Shown here: positions 26,859 to 36,681 of the stretch, piece after piece | Layout of the letters: the number at the start of each line of letters is the position of its first letter | How positions within the stretch are numbered: position 1 is the first letter of the stretch | Source: a virus | Taxonomy: Duplodnaviria; Heunggongvirae; Uroviricota; Caudoviricetes | DNA: 64,000 nt | Virus record (IMG/VR): IMGVR_UViG_3300029914_000004 | Direction: 5' to 3' (one strand) | Notes under the pieces: model-generated | Databases searched by the model: none | What the model was told of the DNA's origin: nothing | The model's input: the letters and a program-made list of their open reading frames with translations, nothing else | Made by a program: the position numbers and the translations under genes

Positions 26859-27518
26859 ATGAATAGAGAAATTTTTAAACCTAAAGTAAGTTTGATTTCA
26901 ATTACTCCAGATGCTGAAAAAGTTATTACTTATATTGCCAGAGTTTCAAATCCAGATAATCAAAATAATCCAAATATTGCAAAATTATTAAAATATTGTC
27001 TCGATGAAGGCCACGTTTCAATTTTTGAGCAAGCGTCTATTACAATAGAAGTCGAAACACACTTGGCAATTGCAACTCAAATTTTACGACACAGAAGTTT
27101 TTGTTTTCAACAGTTCAGCCAGCGATATGCTGATGTTGGATTGTTAAATGAAAGTATTCCTTTATTTGAATTAAGAACTCAAGATACAAAAAATCGCCAA
27201 AATAGTTTAGACACACTAGACGAAAAAATAAAAGATCAATTCTTGTTTAAAATAGAAAATCATTTTGTAGACGCAATGAGATTATATAATGAAATGATTG
27301 TATCAGGAATTGCAAAAGAATGCGCTAGATTTGTACTGCCTCAAGCAACAACAACTAGAATGTATATTACTGGAAATATTAGAAGTTGGATTTTTTATTT
27401 ACGAGAGCGTCTCAAAGATGGTGTCCAAAAAGAACACCGAGATGTTGCAAAATTATGCCAAAATATTTTTATAGAACAATTGCCTGTCGTTTCGACAAGC
27501 TTAGGATGGAATAAATGA
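26859..27518 (+). CDS. thyX: flavin-dependent thymidylate synthase (ThyX)
   Basis: ThyX signature RHRSFCFQQFSQRY (RHR-x7-S-x-RY); 219 aa. Confidence 0.8.
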   Translation: MNREIFKPKVSLISITPDAEKVITYIARVSNPDNQNNPNIAKLLKYCLDEGHVSIFEQASITIEVETHLAIATQILRHRSFCFQQFSQRYADVGLLNESIPLFELRTQDTKNRQNSLDTLDEKIKDQFLFKIENHFVDAMRLYNEMIVSGIAKECARFVLPQATTTRMYITGNIRSWIFYLRERLKDGVQKEHRDVAKLCQNIFIEQLPVVSTSLGWNK

Positions 27519-27793
27519 CTATTGAACAGCACGAAAAAATTGTTGGAAATCGATTCACACTCACGCATTTAATTATCAAAAGAACCAAAGAACTAATGAA
27601 TGGCGCTAGAAGTTCAAAATCGATATGCCAAAAATTTGGCATTCGCGGAGAAATTCCTAATCATCTAATGGCCAAAATTGCCTTGGAAGAATTAAGATTA
27701 GGAAAGTTACATTGGACTCAATCAAGTAATACAAATCCAGAACCTCTTATTTCAGATATTGCCAAGTCAAATAGCATTATTTTTGAAGGTTAA
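27515..27793 (+). CDS. hypothetical protein
   Basis: 92-aa ORF; ATGA overlap. Confidence 0.4.
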   Translation: MTIEQHEKIVGNRFTLTHLIIKRTKELMNGARSSKSICQKFGIRGEIPNHLMAKIALEELRLGKLHWTQSSNTNPEPLISDIAKSNSIIFEG

Positions 27794-27814
27794 TAAAATT
27801 TACAAATTAAATTA

Positions 27815-27876
27815 CTTTACATACATCGACAATCCAACAATTAATGTCAAATTAGTGGCTAAATTGCTGTCTTAAA
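27815..27876 (+). repeat. orphan 3'-end fragment of a DUF4116-like repeat gene (recombination remnant)
   Basis: ...YIDNPTINVKLVAKLLS* coding tail with no gene body, directly upstream of the next family promoter. Confidence 0.6.
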
Positions 27877-27904
27877 ATATTCAAAACAAAGCACTTATTT
27901 TCTT

Positions 27905-27933
27905 ATTGACAAATAAATTTATTTAGGATATTC
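27905..27933 (+). promoter_or_regulatory. family promoter
   Basis: TTGACAAATAAATTTATTTAGGATATTCT. Confidence 0.6.
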
Positions 27934-27940
27934 TTTATAT

Positions 27941-28474
27941 ATGAATGAAAAAGTACAAATGGCTGCTGTTCGACAATATGGTCGTGCAATTAAATACATC
28001 GACAAGCTAAGCGAAGCTGTGCAACTGGCTGTTGTTCGACAATATGGTCGTGCAATTAAATACATCGACAAGCCAAGCGAAGCTGTGCAACTGGCTGCTG
28101 TTCAACAAAATGGTTGGGTAATTCAATACATCAGCAAGCCAAGCGAAGCTGTGCAACTGGCTGCTGTTCAACGAAATAGTTGTGCAATTGAATACATCGG
28201 AAATCCAAGCGAAGCTGTGCAACTGGCTGCTGTTCGACAATATTGTTATGCAATTCAATACATCGACAAGCCAAGCGAAGCTGTGCAACTGGCTGCTGTT
28301 CAACAAGATTGTTATGCAATTCAATACATCGACAAGCCAAGCGAAGCTGTGCAACTGGCTGCTGTTCAACAAGATGGTCGTGCAATTAAATACATCGACA
28401 AACCAAGCGAAGCTGTGCAAATGGCTGCTGTTCAACAATATGGTCGTCCAATTAAATACATAAGGAAAAGATAA
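27941..28474 (+). CDS. DUF4116-like tandem-repeat protein (about 8 repeats)
   Basis: Repeats as in 17480..18181; C-terminus diverges (YIRKR). Confidence 0.7.
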   Translation: MNEKVQMAAVRQYGRAIKYIDKLSEAVQLAVVRQYGRAIKYIDKPSEAVQLAAVQQNGWVIQYISKPSEAVQLAAVQRNSCAIEYIGNPSEAVQLAAVRQYCYAIQYIDKPSEAVQLAAVQQDCYAIQYIDKPSEAVQLAAVQQDGRAIKYIDKPSEAVQMAAVQQYGRPIKYIRKR

Positions 28475-28478
28475 TATT

Positions 28479-29099
28479 ATGATTGTAATTATAGGCGATG
28501 TTCATGGAAAATGGAATGAGTATAGTAAAATACTCAATAAATATCCAAATGAAATAAGTATTCAAATCGGCGACTGTGGTGTTGGCTTCCCAAAATCACC
28601 AGAATTAATATTACCAAAAAATGCATTTTGGTTTAGAGGAAATCATGATAATCCTGATACTGCAAAAAATCACCCCAATCATTTAGGAGACTTCGGATCA
28701 AAAATTATTGACGGAATAAAGATTTTTTGGGTGGCTGGAAGTTGGAGCATTGATCAACAATTTAGAATTCCTGGATGGACTTGGTGGGAAGACGAAGAAT
28801 TGTCAATCAGAGAACTTGAAACTGCGATGGAGCAATATCTAAAAGTCAAACCAGATGTCATGCTAACTCATGATACTGCTGGACCGTTTGCATCCAAAAT
28901 ATTGTCAAAATATTCAATTATGGGTGACGGACTTGTTTATCCTACGAGAACTGGTCAAGCATTATCTGCTATGTTTGAAGCTTATCAACCAAAACTTTGG
29001 GTTTGCGGTCATTATCATGCTTCTGTTACTGAAATTATCAAAGGAACAAAATTTATTTGCTTAAACGAATTAGAATCACTGGAACTTACAAATGTTTAA
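28479..29099 (+). CDS. calcineurin-like metallophosphoesterase
   Basis: IIGDVHGKW and RGNHDNP motifs. Confidence 0.65.
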   Translation: MIVIIGDVHGKWNEYSKILNKYPNEISIQIGDCGVGFPKSPELILPKNAFWFRGNHDNPDTAKNHPNHLGDFGSKIIDGIKIFWVAGSWSIDQQFRIPGWTWWEDEELSIRELETAMEQYLKVKPDVMLTHDTAGPFASKILSKYSIMGDGLVYPTRTGQALSAMFEAYQPKLWVCGHYHASVTEIIKGTKFICLNELESLELTNV

Positions 29100-29218
29100 G
29101 AGTTTTACATTTATTTCCGTGAAATCTTGTATAACTTGAACAATATATTGTATTATTGCAATGTTCACAAATTTTGGCATTTTTTATTTCTATTGCTTTT
29201 AATTATTAAAAATTATTA

Positions 29219-29638
29219 ATGAATTGGAGTAGTATGAACTTACAATCATTTGAAATTATTAAAAAAAGCTATTATAATGATAATATTTCTTTAATTTTAT
29301 CCATTGAAGAAATTAATACTCTTTGTGCGGCAGTAAATGAAGATCCGAGTTTATTAGCATGGATTTATAATTCCAATGATGATATTCAAATTGCAGCAAT
29401 TAATTCAACATCAACAAAGGATTATAAAGATGGAAGAATTCTTCAAGTTATTAAAAATCCGTCTGAAAAAGTTCAATTGATTGCTGTCCAAAAAGATGGA
29501 GAATGTATTCGTTATTTGAGGAATCCATCTGAAGCTGTTCAACTAGTAGCGATTAATCAAAATAAATTGGCAATTCGATATATTCGAGAACCATTCCAAA
29601 GTGTAAAAAATGCTGCAAAAATTTTTGTAGATAAATAA
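29219..29638 (+). CDS. protein with degenerate DUF4116-like repeats
   Basis: NPSEKVQLIAVQKDGECIRYLRNPSEAVQLVAINQN. Confidence 0.5.
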   Translation: MNWSSMNLQSFEIIKKSYYNDNISLILSIEEINTLCAAVNEDPSLLAWIYNSNDDIQIAAINSTSTKDYKDGRILQVIKNPSEKVQLIAVQKDGECIRYLRNPSEAVQLVAINQNKLAIRYIREPFQSVKNAAKIFVDK

Positions 29639-29789
29639 TTATGAATTTTATATCTGAAGACGCATTACGTTATCGTGAATTAATGAAAGTATGGCACGAT
29701 CAAACAGCGTATATCAATCTTTCTGGCATCAATGATCATCCAACATTTTATGAAATAATTGAGAATTACTCTTTTGAAGGAAAGAAACG

Positions 29790-30254
29790 ATGATTAAGTA
29801 CGTGGCAGGATTTTTGTTTGATGAAGAGCAGAACCATGTAGCGCTGATTCTTAAAAATCGTGGCCCTGCGGTGCTTGTCGGAAAGTGGAACGCTATCGGC
29901 GGCAAGCGGATAGACAATCACGACTTGGGCCTCCCTGACGAAAGCAGCGCAGCGGCGATGTGGCGCGAATTCGCAGAGGAAGCAGGTGTCTATATCGAGA
30001 ATTGGGAACCATTTTTGATTCTCAAGGCGAGGGGGCCGAACCCTGAATGGCAAGTGGATTTCTTCCACGCTTTCAGCACTGAAAAACTCGCTCAAGTTAA
30101 GACAATGGAGCAAGAACAAGTGATGGTTTGGCACCTCGATGAGCTACCGGCTATTGTTCCTAATCTTAGTTGGATCATCCCAATGGCTCTAAACCACAAA
30201 AATGAGCATGTTTGGGTGTACGAAGTGATCGAAAAGGAAACTTTTGCAGCGTAA
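29790..30254 (+). CDS. Nudix hydrolase
   Basis: Nudix box GGKRIDNHDLGLPDESSAAAMWREFAEEAGV; about 50% GC, so likely acquired. Confidence 0.65.
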   Translation: MIKYVAGFLFDEEQNHVALILKNRGPAVLVGKWNAIGGKRIDNHDLGLPDESSAAAMWREFAEEAGVYIENWEPFLILKARGPNPEWQVDFFHAFSTEKLAQVKTMEQEQVMVWHLDELPAIVPNLSWIIPMALNHKNEHVWVYEVIEKETFAA

Positions 30255-30369
30255 GGAATCAAGTATATAAGTACCAAATCCCAAAAATAAATTATAGATC
30301 AAAGTGAAATACTAGAAATTTGGTATATTTGAGGTAAAAATAATAATTACTTATAATTAAAAATTTAGG

Positions 30370-30603
30370 TTGAAAATCATTCCAAACTTTGTTATATGTA
30401 ATTTACTGGAGAAAATTATGAGCAGATCAAAGAAAAAAGACGTTTTCAGCAAAGTGGCGGCTGTGAAATCAAACGCCCGTGATAGAATAGGTATGCCAAA
30501 GTCCTCTTTTGTCATTACTCCCAAAAGTGAAAAACCTGCTCGTTATAAGCCATCACTGAGAGATTTGCTGCGTGATGATTATGAAAATGAAGATAATAAA
30601 TGA
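30370..30603 (+). CDS. small basic protein
   Basis: 77 aa, K/R-rich. Confidence 0.4.
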   Translation: MKIIPNFVICNLLEKIMSRSKKKDVFSKVAAVKSNARDRIGMPKSSFVITPKSEKPARYKPSLRDLLRDDYENEDNK

Positions 30604-30715
30604 ATCTAATTTATATAGTATTTGCGATTTTAATACTTATCAAATTGCCATTTGAAATCATTTCTTTTCGTCGTGATAAAAATGATAAGTTATTCAGAAC
30701 AAAAATTATAAATCA

Positions 30716-30970
30716 TTGGATTACAACCATTGGGTTAATATTAGCTATGTTTATATTAACATTTCTTTAGGAAAGACAAAAATGATATTTTTTCTCACAG
30801 TTTATTTGATGGTTGGTGCAGGAATATCTGCGACTATTTTAGATGGAGTCATTGATTATTTAATTAATCTTGACTCAACAAAGTATACAAATAATTTTTC
30901 ATTGAAATTATTTGTAGTTAGTTTAATTGTATTTTTTTGGCCAATTATTTTTATGTCTGGGAGAAATTAA
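30716..30970 (+). CDS. small membrane protein
   Basis: Two or three hydrophobic helices; the true start may be a later ATG. Confidence 0.4.
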   Translation: MDYNHWVNISYVYINISLGKTKMIFFLTVYLMVGAGISATILDGVIDYLINLDSTKYTNNFSLKLFVVSLIVFFWPIIFMSGRN

Positions 30971-31681
30971 ATGCATTATATTCTTGCAAAATGTTGGAAT
31001 AATCATACATGGGAAGGCAGAACAACTTCTCTGGAAAAATCAACATCTTTTAATAATCGAGGCGAACTAGAAAAGATGGTTCCTAGATTATGCCCAGAAT
31101 GTGGCAACGCATGTTATAATTATATTCTGGAATATAATGATCCATCATTTATTATTAATAAATTTAATGTTAGGACATTTGCTGGTGTTTTACATACAGA
31201 TATTCAGGCCTTAAAAAATTATCCCAGTGATGAAATTTTGCGTGTTCTATATTCTGAAAATTTTGTAATTACAAAAACAGAAGGAAGTTATCCAACCAAA
31301 ATCTATTTAGAAAATAATAAAAAGCAAACTGCAATGATTGAATCTGAATATAGAAAAAAAATTGGAAAATTATATTTGGCTACACCAATAAATGATCCAA
31401 TTATTAAAAAAATAAAAGCATCAGTAAAACTTGAAAACCAAAAAATAATAAAAACTAAAATTAAAATTACATCGATGCCAGATGTTATTGGCACTGATTT
31501 AAAAATTGGAGATTGGGTTGCATTCGTTAAACACAACACTATTAATGTTGCAAAAATTATAAAATTCAATGAAAAGACTCTTGGATTAAAAGATAAAAAA
31601 GGGCGCACATATTCTGCATATTCTCACAATTCATCTTTGTTAAACGAACAACAACTTTTAGTTTTTCTATTATCTAATTAA
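30971..31681 (+). CDS. hypothetical protein
   Basis: 236-aa ORF. Confidence 0.5.
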   Translation: MHYILAKCWNNHTWEGRTTSLEKSTSFNNRGELEKMVPRLCPECGNACYNYILEYNDPSFIINKFNVRTFAGVLHTDIQALKNYPSDEILRVLYSENFVITKTEGSYPTKIYLENNKKQTAMIESEYRKKIGKLYLATPINDPIIKKIKASVKLENQKIIKTKIKITSMPDVIGTDLKIGDWVAFVKHNTINVAKIIKFNEKTLGLKDKKGRTYSAYSHNSSLLNEQQLLVFLLSN

Positions 31682-31707
31682 ATTTAACCGACAGCAGAGA
31701 AGCTGTA

Positions 31708-32580
31708 TTGAAAGGTATTATGCGAAAATTATTTACAATTATTATGTTGGCTATTGTATCATATGGAGTTATGGGATGTTCTGTTGCTACACCAGATGCT
31801 GGGCATCAAGCAGTATGGATGGAAAAACCAATGTTTTTGGTCATGGCGGAGTTGATGCAAATCCAGTGCAAGCTGGGCGTGAATATGGTGCTTTTACGAG
31901 CGATGCTATTGATGTAAATATGCTACCTCAGCGAATGGATATGGAATTTGACGACATGATGACCAAGAGTGGTGTTCCAGTGAATTTTCATGTGGTCGCA
32001 ACATTTACTATTATTGATTCTGTAAAGCTTGTAAGCCATTATGGTGCTGACAGGGAATGGCTATCTTGGCAATGTCCAAAAGCTGGAGAGAGTTGCAATG
32101 GAGAGCCAGAAGGCTGGGGTTTCTGGGATCGAAACATCGATCAGCCTCTTCGTACTGCTGTTCGTGATTCAGTGAAGAAACGCGATATGCAAGAAATGGC
32201 AATTTCACAAACTGCGGCAGATGTAGTTGGAGTTGAAATTTCAGCAGCAGCTATTAAAATTGTTCAGCAAACTGGAGTTCCAATTCTATTCTCTGCCATT
32301 AATGTTGGTCGTGTAAATCCTCCTGATGCTATTAAAAATTAACGAATTGAAACTGCTGCTCAGGAGCAGAGAGCAATTACTGAACAACAAACTAAGCTTG
32401 CTGAAGATCAACGAAAAGCAGCAGAGCAAAGTAGAGCCAGCGCAGACAACGCTTACAGGAAAGATATGGAGTTGTCACCAGATCAATTTTTACAACTGGA
32501 ACGTATTAAGATGCAGCGCGATGTTTGCTCACATGGAACAACTTGCACATTTTTCATTAGCGGCGGGCCAAATCCAGTGA
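31708..32580 (+). pseudogene. disrupted SPFH/band-7 (stomatin/HflKC-like) lipoprotein gene
   Basis: Lipobox signal (VMGCS) in one frame; SPFH core (TKSGVPVNFHVVATFTII, GRVNPPDAI) in the -1 frame with the switch at a T5 run near 31835; in-frame TAA at 32340, followed by a typical band-7 coiled-coil tail (RIETAAQEQRAI...). Confidence 0.55.
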
Positions 32581-32612
32581 TCGATGTTGGCAGAAAGTAA
32601 TTAAAAATAACC

Positions 32613-32648
32613 AAAAAAATCCCAGCCAAATGGCTGGGATTTTTTTGG
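32613..32648. terminator. rho-independent terminator
   Basis: AAAAAAATCCCAGCC-AAAT-GGCTGGGATTTTTTT. Confidence 0.75.
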
Positions 32649-32754
32649 TTATTGAAAATTTTCCTGCTTTATCCTTTTCATAAATTTTCTACCAAAAGTA
32701 ATATCTTTAGCTAAAAAATGGTATATTCAACAAAATAAAGAACTTATTTTCTTA

Positions 32755-32783
32755 TTGACAAATAAATTTATTTAGGATATTCT
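32755..32783 (+). promoter_or_regulatory. family promoter
   Basis: TTGACA-N17-TATTCT. Confidence 0.6.
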
Positions 32784-32789
32784 TTATAT

Positions 32790-32963
32790 ATGGATGAAAA
32801 AGCACAACTGGCTGCTGTTCAACGAAATGGTTGGGCAATTCAATTCATCAGAAATCCAAGCGAAACTGTGCAACTGGCTGCTGTTCAACAAGATGGTCAT
32901 GCAATTGAATTTATCGACAATCCAACAATTAATGTCAAATTAATGGCTAAATTGCTGTCTTAA
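32790..32963 (+). CDS. DUF4116-like repeat protein (minimal two-repeat copy, 57 aa)
   Basis: MDEKAQLAAVQRNGWAIQFIRNPSETVQLAAVQQDGHAIEFIDNPTINVKLMAKLLS. Confidence 0.6.
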   Translation: MDEKAQLAAVQRNGWAIQFIRNPSETVQLAAVQQDGHAIEFIDNPTINVKLMAKLLS

Positions 32964-32994
32964 CATATTCAAAACAAAGCACTTATTTTCTTAT

Positions 32995-33023
32995 TGACAA
33001 ATCACCTAAAGTTTAGTATACTT
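32995..33023 (+). promoter_or_regulatory. family promoter with a conventional leader (TTGACA-N17-TATACT)
   Basis: Followed by a 22-nt leader with a GGAG RBS. Confidence 0.55.
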
Positions 33024-33041
33024 ATTTTAGTGGAGAAAACT

Positions 33042-34367
33042 ATGACCAAGATGAATCAAAATGCGCTGGCAGTAATGGAGACTCTTGAAAATGCAGGGTA
33101 CGATGCCTTTTTATGCGGGGGCGCGGTCAGAGATTTGCTTCTTGGCTTGACTCCACACGATTGGGATGTAACTACTTCTGCCCCTGCTGAAGTCGTGGAT
33201 TCTCTCTTTCCCAATACAAAGATGGTGGGAGAAAATTTTGGCGTTTCTCTTGTTGAATACAATGGAGAAACATTTGAAGTTGCGCGATTCCGTCGTGATG
33301 GAGATTATAGCGATAATCGCCGCCCAGATTTTGTGGACTTCACTTTGTCTGCTGAAGAAGATGTTGCTAGAAGAGATTTTACCATGAATGCTTTGCTCAT
33401 GGATCGAAACGGAAATGTTTACGATTTTGTTGGTGGACAGACTGATTTGCAGAATGGTTTGCTCCGGGCTGTTGGAAATCCTGAAACTCGTTTCACTGAA
33501 GATGCATTGCGTTTACTTCGAGCTGTCCGTTTCGCAGCGCGATTTAATCTTCGATTTGATCGGGAAACTCATGAAGCAATAGAAAAGAGGGCTTTTTCTG
33601 TTGAAACTCTTCCGCCTGATCGTGTTAGCGGAGAACTTGTCAAGATGCTGACTGGTGGCAATGTCAATGTTGCTTTCAAGCTTATGGACAACACTGGATT
33701 GCTTCAGCATGTTTTGCCTGAAGTCAATGCAATGCGTGGTGTGGATCAAAATAGCAAATTTCATCCAGAAGGAGATGTTTTTCAGCATACTCTGCTCATG
33801 CTGTCTAAGCTTCCTGCGAATTGCAGCGTCACTCTTGCCTTGTCTGTCCTTCTTCATGATGTGGCAAAACCAACAACTGCTGTTCGTAACGTAAAGACTG
33901 GTGAAAATCAGTTTTTTGGCCACGAAACAGTCGGTGCTGAAATGGCTGCAAAGATGCTTCGCAATCTTCGATTTTCAAATGAAGTTGTAGATGCTGTTAG
34001 CAGCCTTGTTTCTCAGCACATGAAGTTTTTCAACGTAACGAAGATGAATGATTCCAAGTTGAAGAGATTCGTTCGTCAGGAAAATTTCAGCGAATTGCTT
34101 GAACTGAATCGTCTTGATAGTCTTTGCAGTAATGGTGATCTCACTGATTTCAATTTTGCTGTTGATTTTCTTGCAAGTGTCACTGAAGAGTCTTTGAATC
34201 CTGTTCGTCTGCTTACTGGAAACGATTTGCAGGCAATGGGGTTGAAGCCTGGCCCGATGTTTAAGACTTTGCTTACTGCACTCGAAAATGCGCAGCTTGA
34301 CGGGCGTGTAACAACTCGTGACGAAGCTGTATTTTTCGTTGAATCTTTGACTGGCGGAGACAGGTAA
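33042..34367 (+). CDS. cca: CCA-adding enzyme (tRNA nucleotidyltransferase, head domain plus HD domain)
   Basis: Pol-beta nucleotidyltransferase motif LCGGAVRDLLLG..DWDV; RRDFTMNAL; C-terminal HD domain LLHDVAKP; about 45% GC. Confidence 0.8.
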   Translation: MTKMNQNALAVMETLENAGYDAFLCGGAVRDLLLGLTPHDWDVTTSAPAEVVDSLFPNTKMVGENFGVSLVEYNGETFEVARFRRDGDYSDNRRPDFVDFTLSAEEDVARRDFTMNALLMDRNGNVYDFVGGQTDLQNGLLRAVGNPETRFTEDALRLLRAVRFAARFNLRFDRETHEAIEKRAFSVETLPPDRVSGELVKMLTGGNVNVAFKLMDNTGLLQHVLPEVNAMRGVDQNSKFHPEGDVFQHTLLMLSKLPANCSVTLALSVLLHDVAKPTTAVRNVKTGENQFFGHETVGAEMAAKMLRNLRFSNEVVDAVSSLVSQHMKFFNVTKMNDSKLKRFVRQENFSELLELNRLDSLCSNGDLTDFNFAVDFLASVTEESLNPVRLLTGNDLQAMGLKPGPMFKTLLTALENAQLDGRVTTRDEAVFFVESLTGGDR

Positions 34368-34388
34368 ATCCTGTCTCCGCTTTATTTT
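34354..34388 (+). terminator. rho-independent terminator overlapping the cca stop
   Basis: GCGGAGACAGG-TAAAT-CCTGTCTCCGC followed by TTTATTTT. Confidence 0.75.
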
Positions 34389-34591
34389 GGAGGAATAATG
34401 CTAATTAAAACCAATAAAGATTATTCATACTTCTTGAATGTGTACCAAAACAAGACTGGAAAACATCCCACGTTTGTTGAGAGAACTGAAGCATTTTTCT
34501 GTGCAAAGGACGGGACTTTGCCAAATTGGATGTGGTGGTAATATATGAGCCATCACTTACGTTGAGTTCAAAACAGTTAAAAGGAGAAACA

Positions 34592-34804
34592 ATGCTTTAT
34601 CTTGTAATAATTTATGTATTCATCGGTTTTACTGTGGCTGGACTAGCAACTGATTTGACTATTAAAACTACGTTGGATCAAAAGCCTGAACTGACAGAAT
34701 TAGTTCAAAAATCCATTTTTATATATAGATCAGTTTTAATTTTGTTTTTTGTAGTTGGTTGGGGGCCAATTCTCATTACATATTTTATTAAAAATAAACA
34801 ATAA
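34592..34804 (+). CDS. small membrane protein
   Basis: RBS AAGGAG; two hydrophobic helices; in the frame of ORF 34526..34804. Confidence 0.45.
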   Translation: MLYLVIIYVFIGFTVAGLATDLTIKTTLDQKPELTELVQKSIFIYRSVLILFFVVGWGPILITYFIKNKQ

Positions 34805-34851
34805 TTTGGGATATCATTGACTTTCACGATAAATACTGATACACTGTTAGT

Positions 34852-35133
34852 ATGAGGTGGAAAATGAATTGGATTGACGCTATTACCATTGAAAGCAATA
34901 AAAAAATTCGAGAAGCTGGCAAGCATGTTGTGGTAATTCCTGCTCAAAATGTCTCTGCTCCAATCGATACATTCGATGTATTTGACGGAAATACCTGCCA
35001 ATTTATTGCCACTAATGTTTCAGAAAAGACCGCAAGCGAATTTGCATTAATTTGGAATGGATTGATTGATAATGGAGAAAGTGTGGAAAATATTAGTCGA
35101 ATCAATTTGGGATGGCTGACTGGAGTGAAGTAA
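34852..35133 (+). CDS. hypothetical protein
   Basis: 93-aa ORF. Confidence 0.45.
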   Translation: MRWKMNWIDAITIESNKKIREAGKHVVVIPAQNVSAPIDTFDVFDGNTCQFIATNVSEKTASEFALIWNGLIDNGESVENISRINLGWLTGVK

Positions 35134-35316
35134 ATGTATATTCCAGAAGAGATGTTTGCAATTCGTTCACACGCTCCAAACCGAAAATTTGAAATTTTTG
35201 GCACAATAGTTTGTTTAACTTCTTCTTCTGAAATAGGTAGTATAATTGAAACTTTTAAATTTTCATCTAATCAAGAAGCTAAAGATGCAGTACTTTTGGT
35301 GAAATTATCAACATGA
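35134..35316 (+). CDS. small protein with the C-terminal EAKD..LVKLS motif (family variant)
   Basis: FKFSSNQEAKDAVLLVKLST. Confidence 0.4.
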   Translation: MYIPEEMFAIRSHAPNRKFEIFGTIVCLTSSSEIGSIIETFKFSSNQEAKDAVLLVKLST

Positions 35317-35531
35317 AAATTGATCTACAAGACGATTGTGATTTTCACAATATTGATTTTCATATCGGTAACGCTTGGAGAAGAAAGTTTTCTGTTGACT
35401 TATATAGAAGTTTTTGGTGTGTTAAAGTAACACATATTTCACGAACATTCCTTGCAACTAATTCGTATGTAAAATGTTCTTCAAAACAAGAAGCAACATT
35501 ATTGGCATTAGAATGCTCTTTATCAGAATAG
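35313..35531 (+). CDS. small hypothetical protein (family variant)
   Basis: VKCSSKQEATLLALECSLSE tail. Confidence 0.35.
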   Translation: MKIDLQDDCDFHNIDFHIGNAWRRKFSVDLYRSFWCVKVTHISRTFLATNSYVKCSSKQEATLLALECSLSE

Positions 35532-35540
35532 AAAGGTAAT

Positions 35541-35735
35541 ATGGAGAAGAAAGTAACGAAAGATTTCTCATCAACAAAAGAAGCATTGGATTTTATCACT
35601 GCTCTGGAAAACCAAAAAATTAATGGTTTACTAAATTGTTTCTTGAACAAGGACAAAACATATAATTGGCTTGTAACATATATCCCAAAAACAACAGTAA
35701 AGGAAAAGAAAAATGAAGATCGAAAGATTGCTTGA
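35541..35735 (+). CDS. small protein carrying the family motif at its N-terminus
   Basis: FSSTKEALDFITALENQK. Confidence 0.35.
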   Translation: MEKKVTKDFSSTKEALDFITALENQKINGLLNCFLNKDKTYNWLVTYIPKTTVKEKKNEDRKIA

Positions 35736-36681
35736 AGTTCCAACTGGCCATATTTGTATTGCTCAAGGTAGTGAAGGGAAAATTGAATTTTTATCTCTCG
35801 GAGATTATGGGCAAGATGTAAATTTGAATCAACACAAAGCTGTTGCTCACCAAGAAATTATGCCTTTAACAGAAAAATGGGTAATTACAGTGTCAACGCA
35901 ATTTGGGTGCAGTATGGGATGTAGTTTTTGCGATTGCCCCAAAGTTGGACCTGGAAAGAATGCGTCTTTTTACGATCTCACTGGTCAAATTTTGTGTGCG
36001 CTAAAACTTCATCCAGAAATTACTGGCACAAAGAGATTGAATGTTCACTTCGCCAGAATGGGAGAACCTACTTGGAATCCTAACGTCCTTGATTGTGGAA
36101 AGTGGCTCCATACTCACATGAACGACACTTTTCATATTCATCCAGTAGTGTCAACAATGATGCCGCGTAGGAATATCTGGTTGAAGACATTCATCCACAA
36201 CTGGATGAGGATGAAGAACCGTTTGTACAACGGAAATGCAGGACTTCAACTGTCGATCAACTCAACGAGTAAGAGTGAGCGCGACAAGATGTTTCATAAC
36301 AACGCTTGCACGTTTGAAGAGATCGCAAGGATTATGGAAGGAATTATTCCTGTAGGAAGAAAGATCACTCTCAATTTCGCTGTTGCCGGTTACGAGATTG
36401 ATCCAACCGTGCTATTGAACTACTTCGATCCATCGCTTTACGTGTGCAAGCTAACTCCGATGCATAAGACGCACACTGCTCTTGATAACGGGATTCAAAC
36501 GGAAGGTGATTACACTGACTTCCATCCGTACATCCACCACGAGGATGCTTTGAAGAAGGCAGGGTATGATGTGCTCACTTTCATCGCTTCCGTAGAAGAG
36601 GATTTAGGTAGGATCACTTGTGGAAATGCCATTTTAAGTGGAACGCTTCCGCTGGTTGATTATAAAGAGACTTATTTATGA
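35713..36681 (+). CDS. radical SAM RNA methyltransferase-like (RlmN/Cfr family-like)
   Basis: STQFGCSMGCSFCDC (CX3CX2C in an RlmN-like context), ARMGEPTWN (MGEP-type SAM motif), later conserved Cys ITCGN; GC-richer than the background. Confidence 0.5.
   Translation: MKIERLLEVPTGHICIAQGSEGKIEFLSLGDYGQDVNLNQHKAVAHQEIMPLTEKWVITVSTQFGCSMGCSFCDCPKVGPGKNASFYDLTGQILCALKLHPEITGTKRLNVHFARMGEPTWNPNVLDCGKWLHTHMNDTFHIHPVVSTMMPRRNIWLKTFIHNWMRMKNRLYNGNAGLQLSINSTSKSERDKMFHNNACTFEEIARIMEGIIPVGRKITLNFAVAGYEIDPTVLLNYFDPSLYVCKLTPMHKTHTALDNGIQTEGDYTDFHPYIHHEDALKKAGYDVLTFIASVEEDLGRITCGNAILSGTLPLVDYKETYL

Noticed and set aside
32326-32580. Separate 84-aa gene 32326..32580
   Set aside because: The adjacent frame starting at 32343 encodes the continuation of the SPFH coiled-coil tail, so the listed ORF is an alternate-frame overlap of the disrupted SPFH gene.
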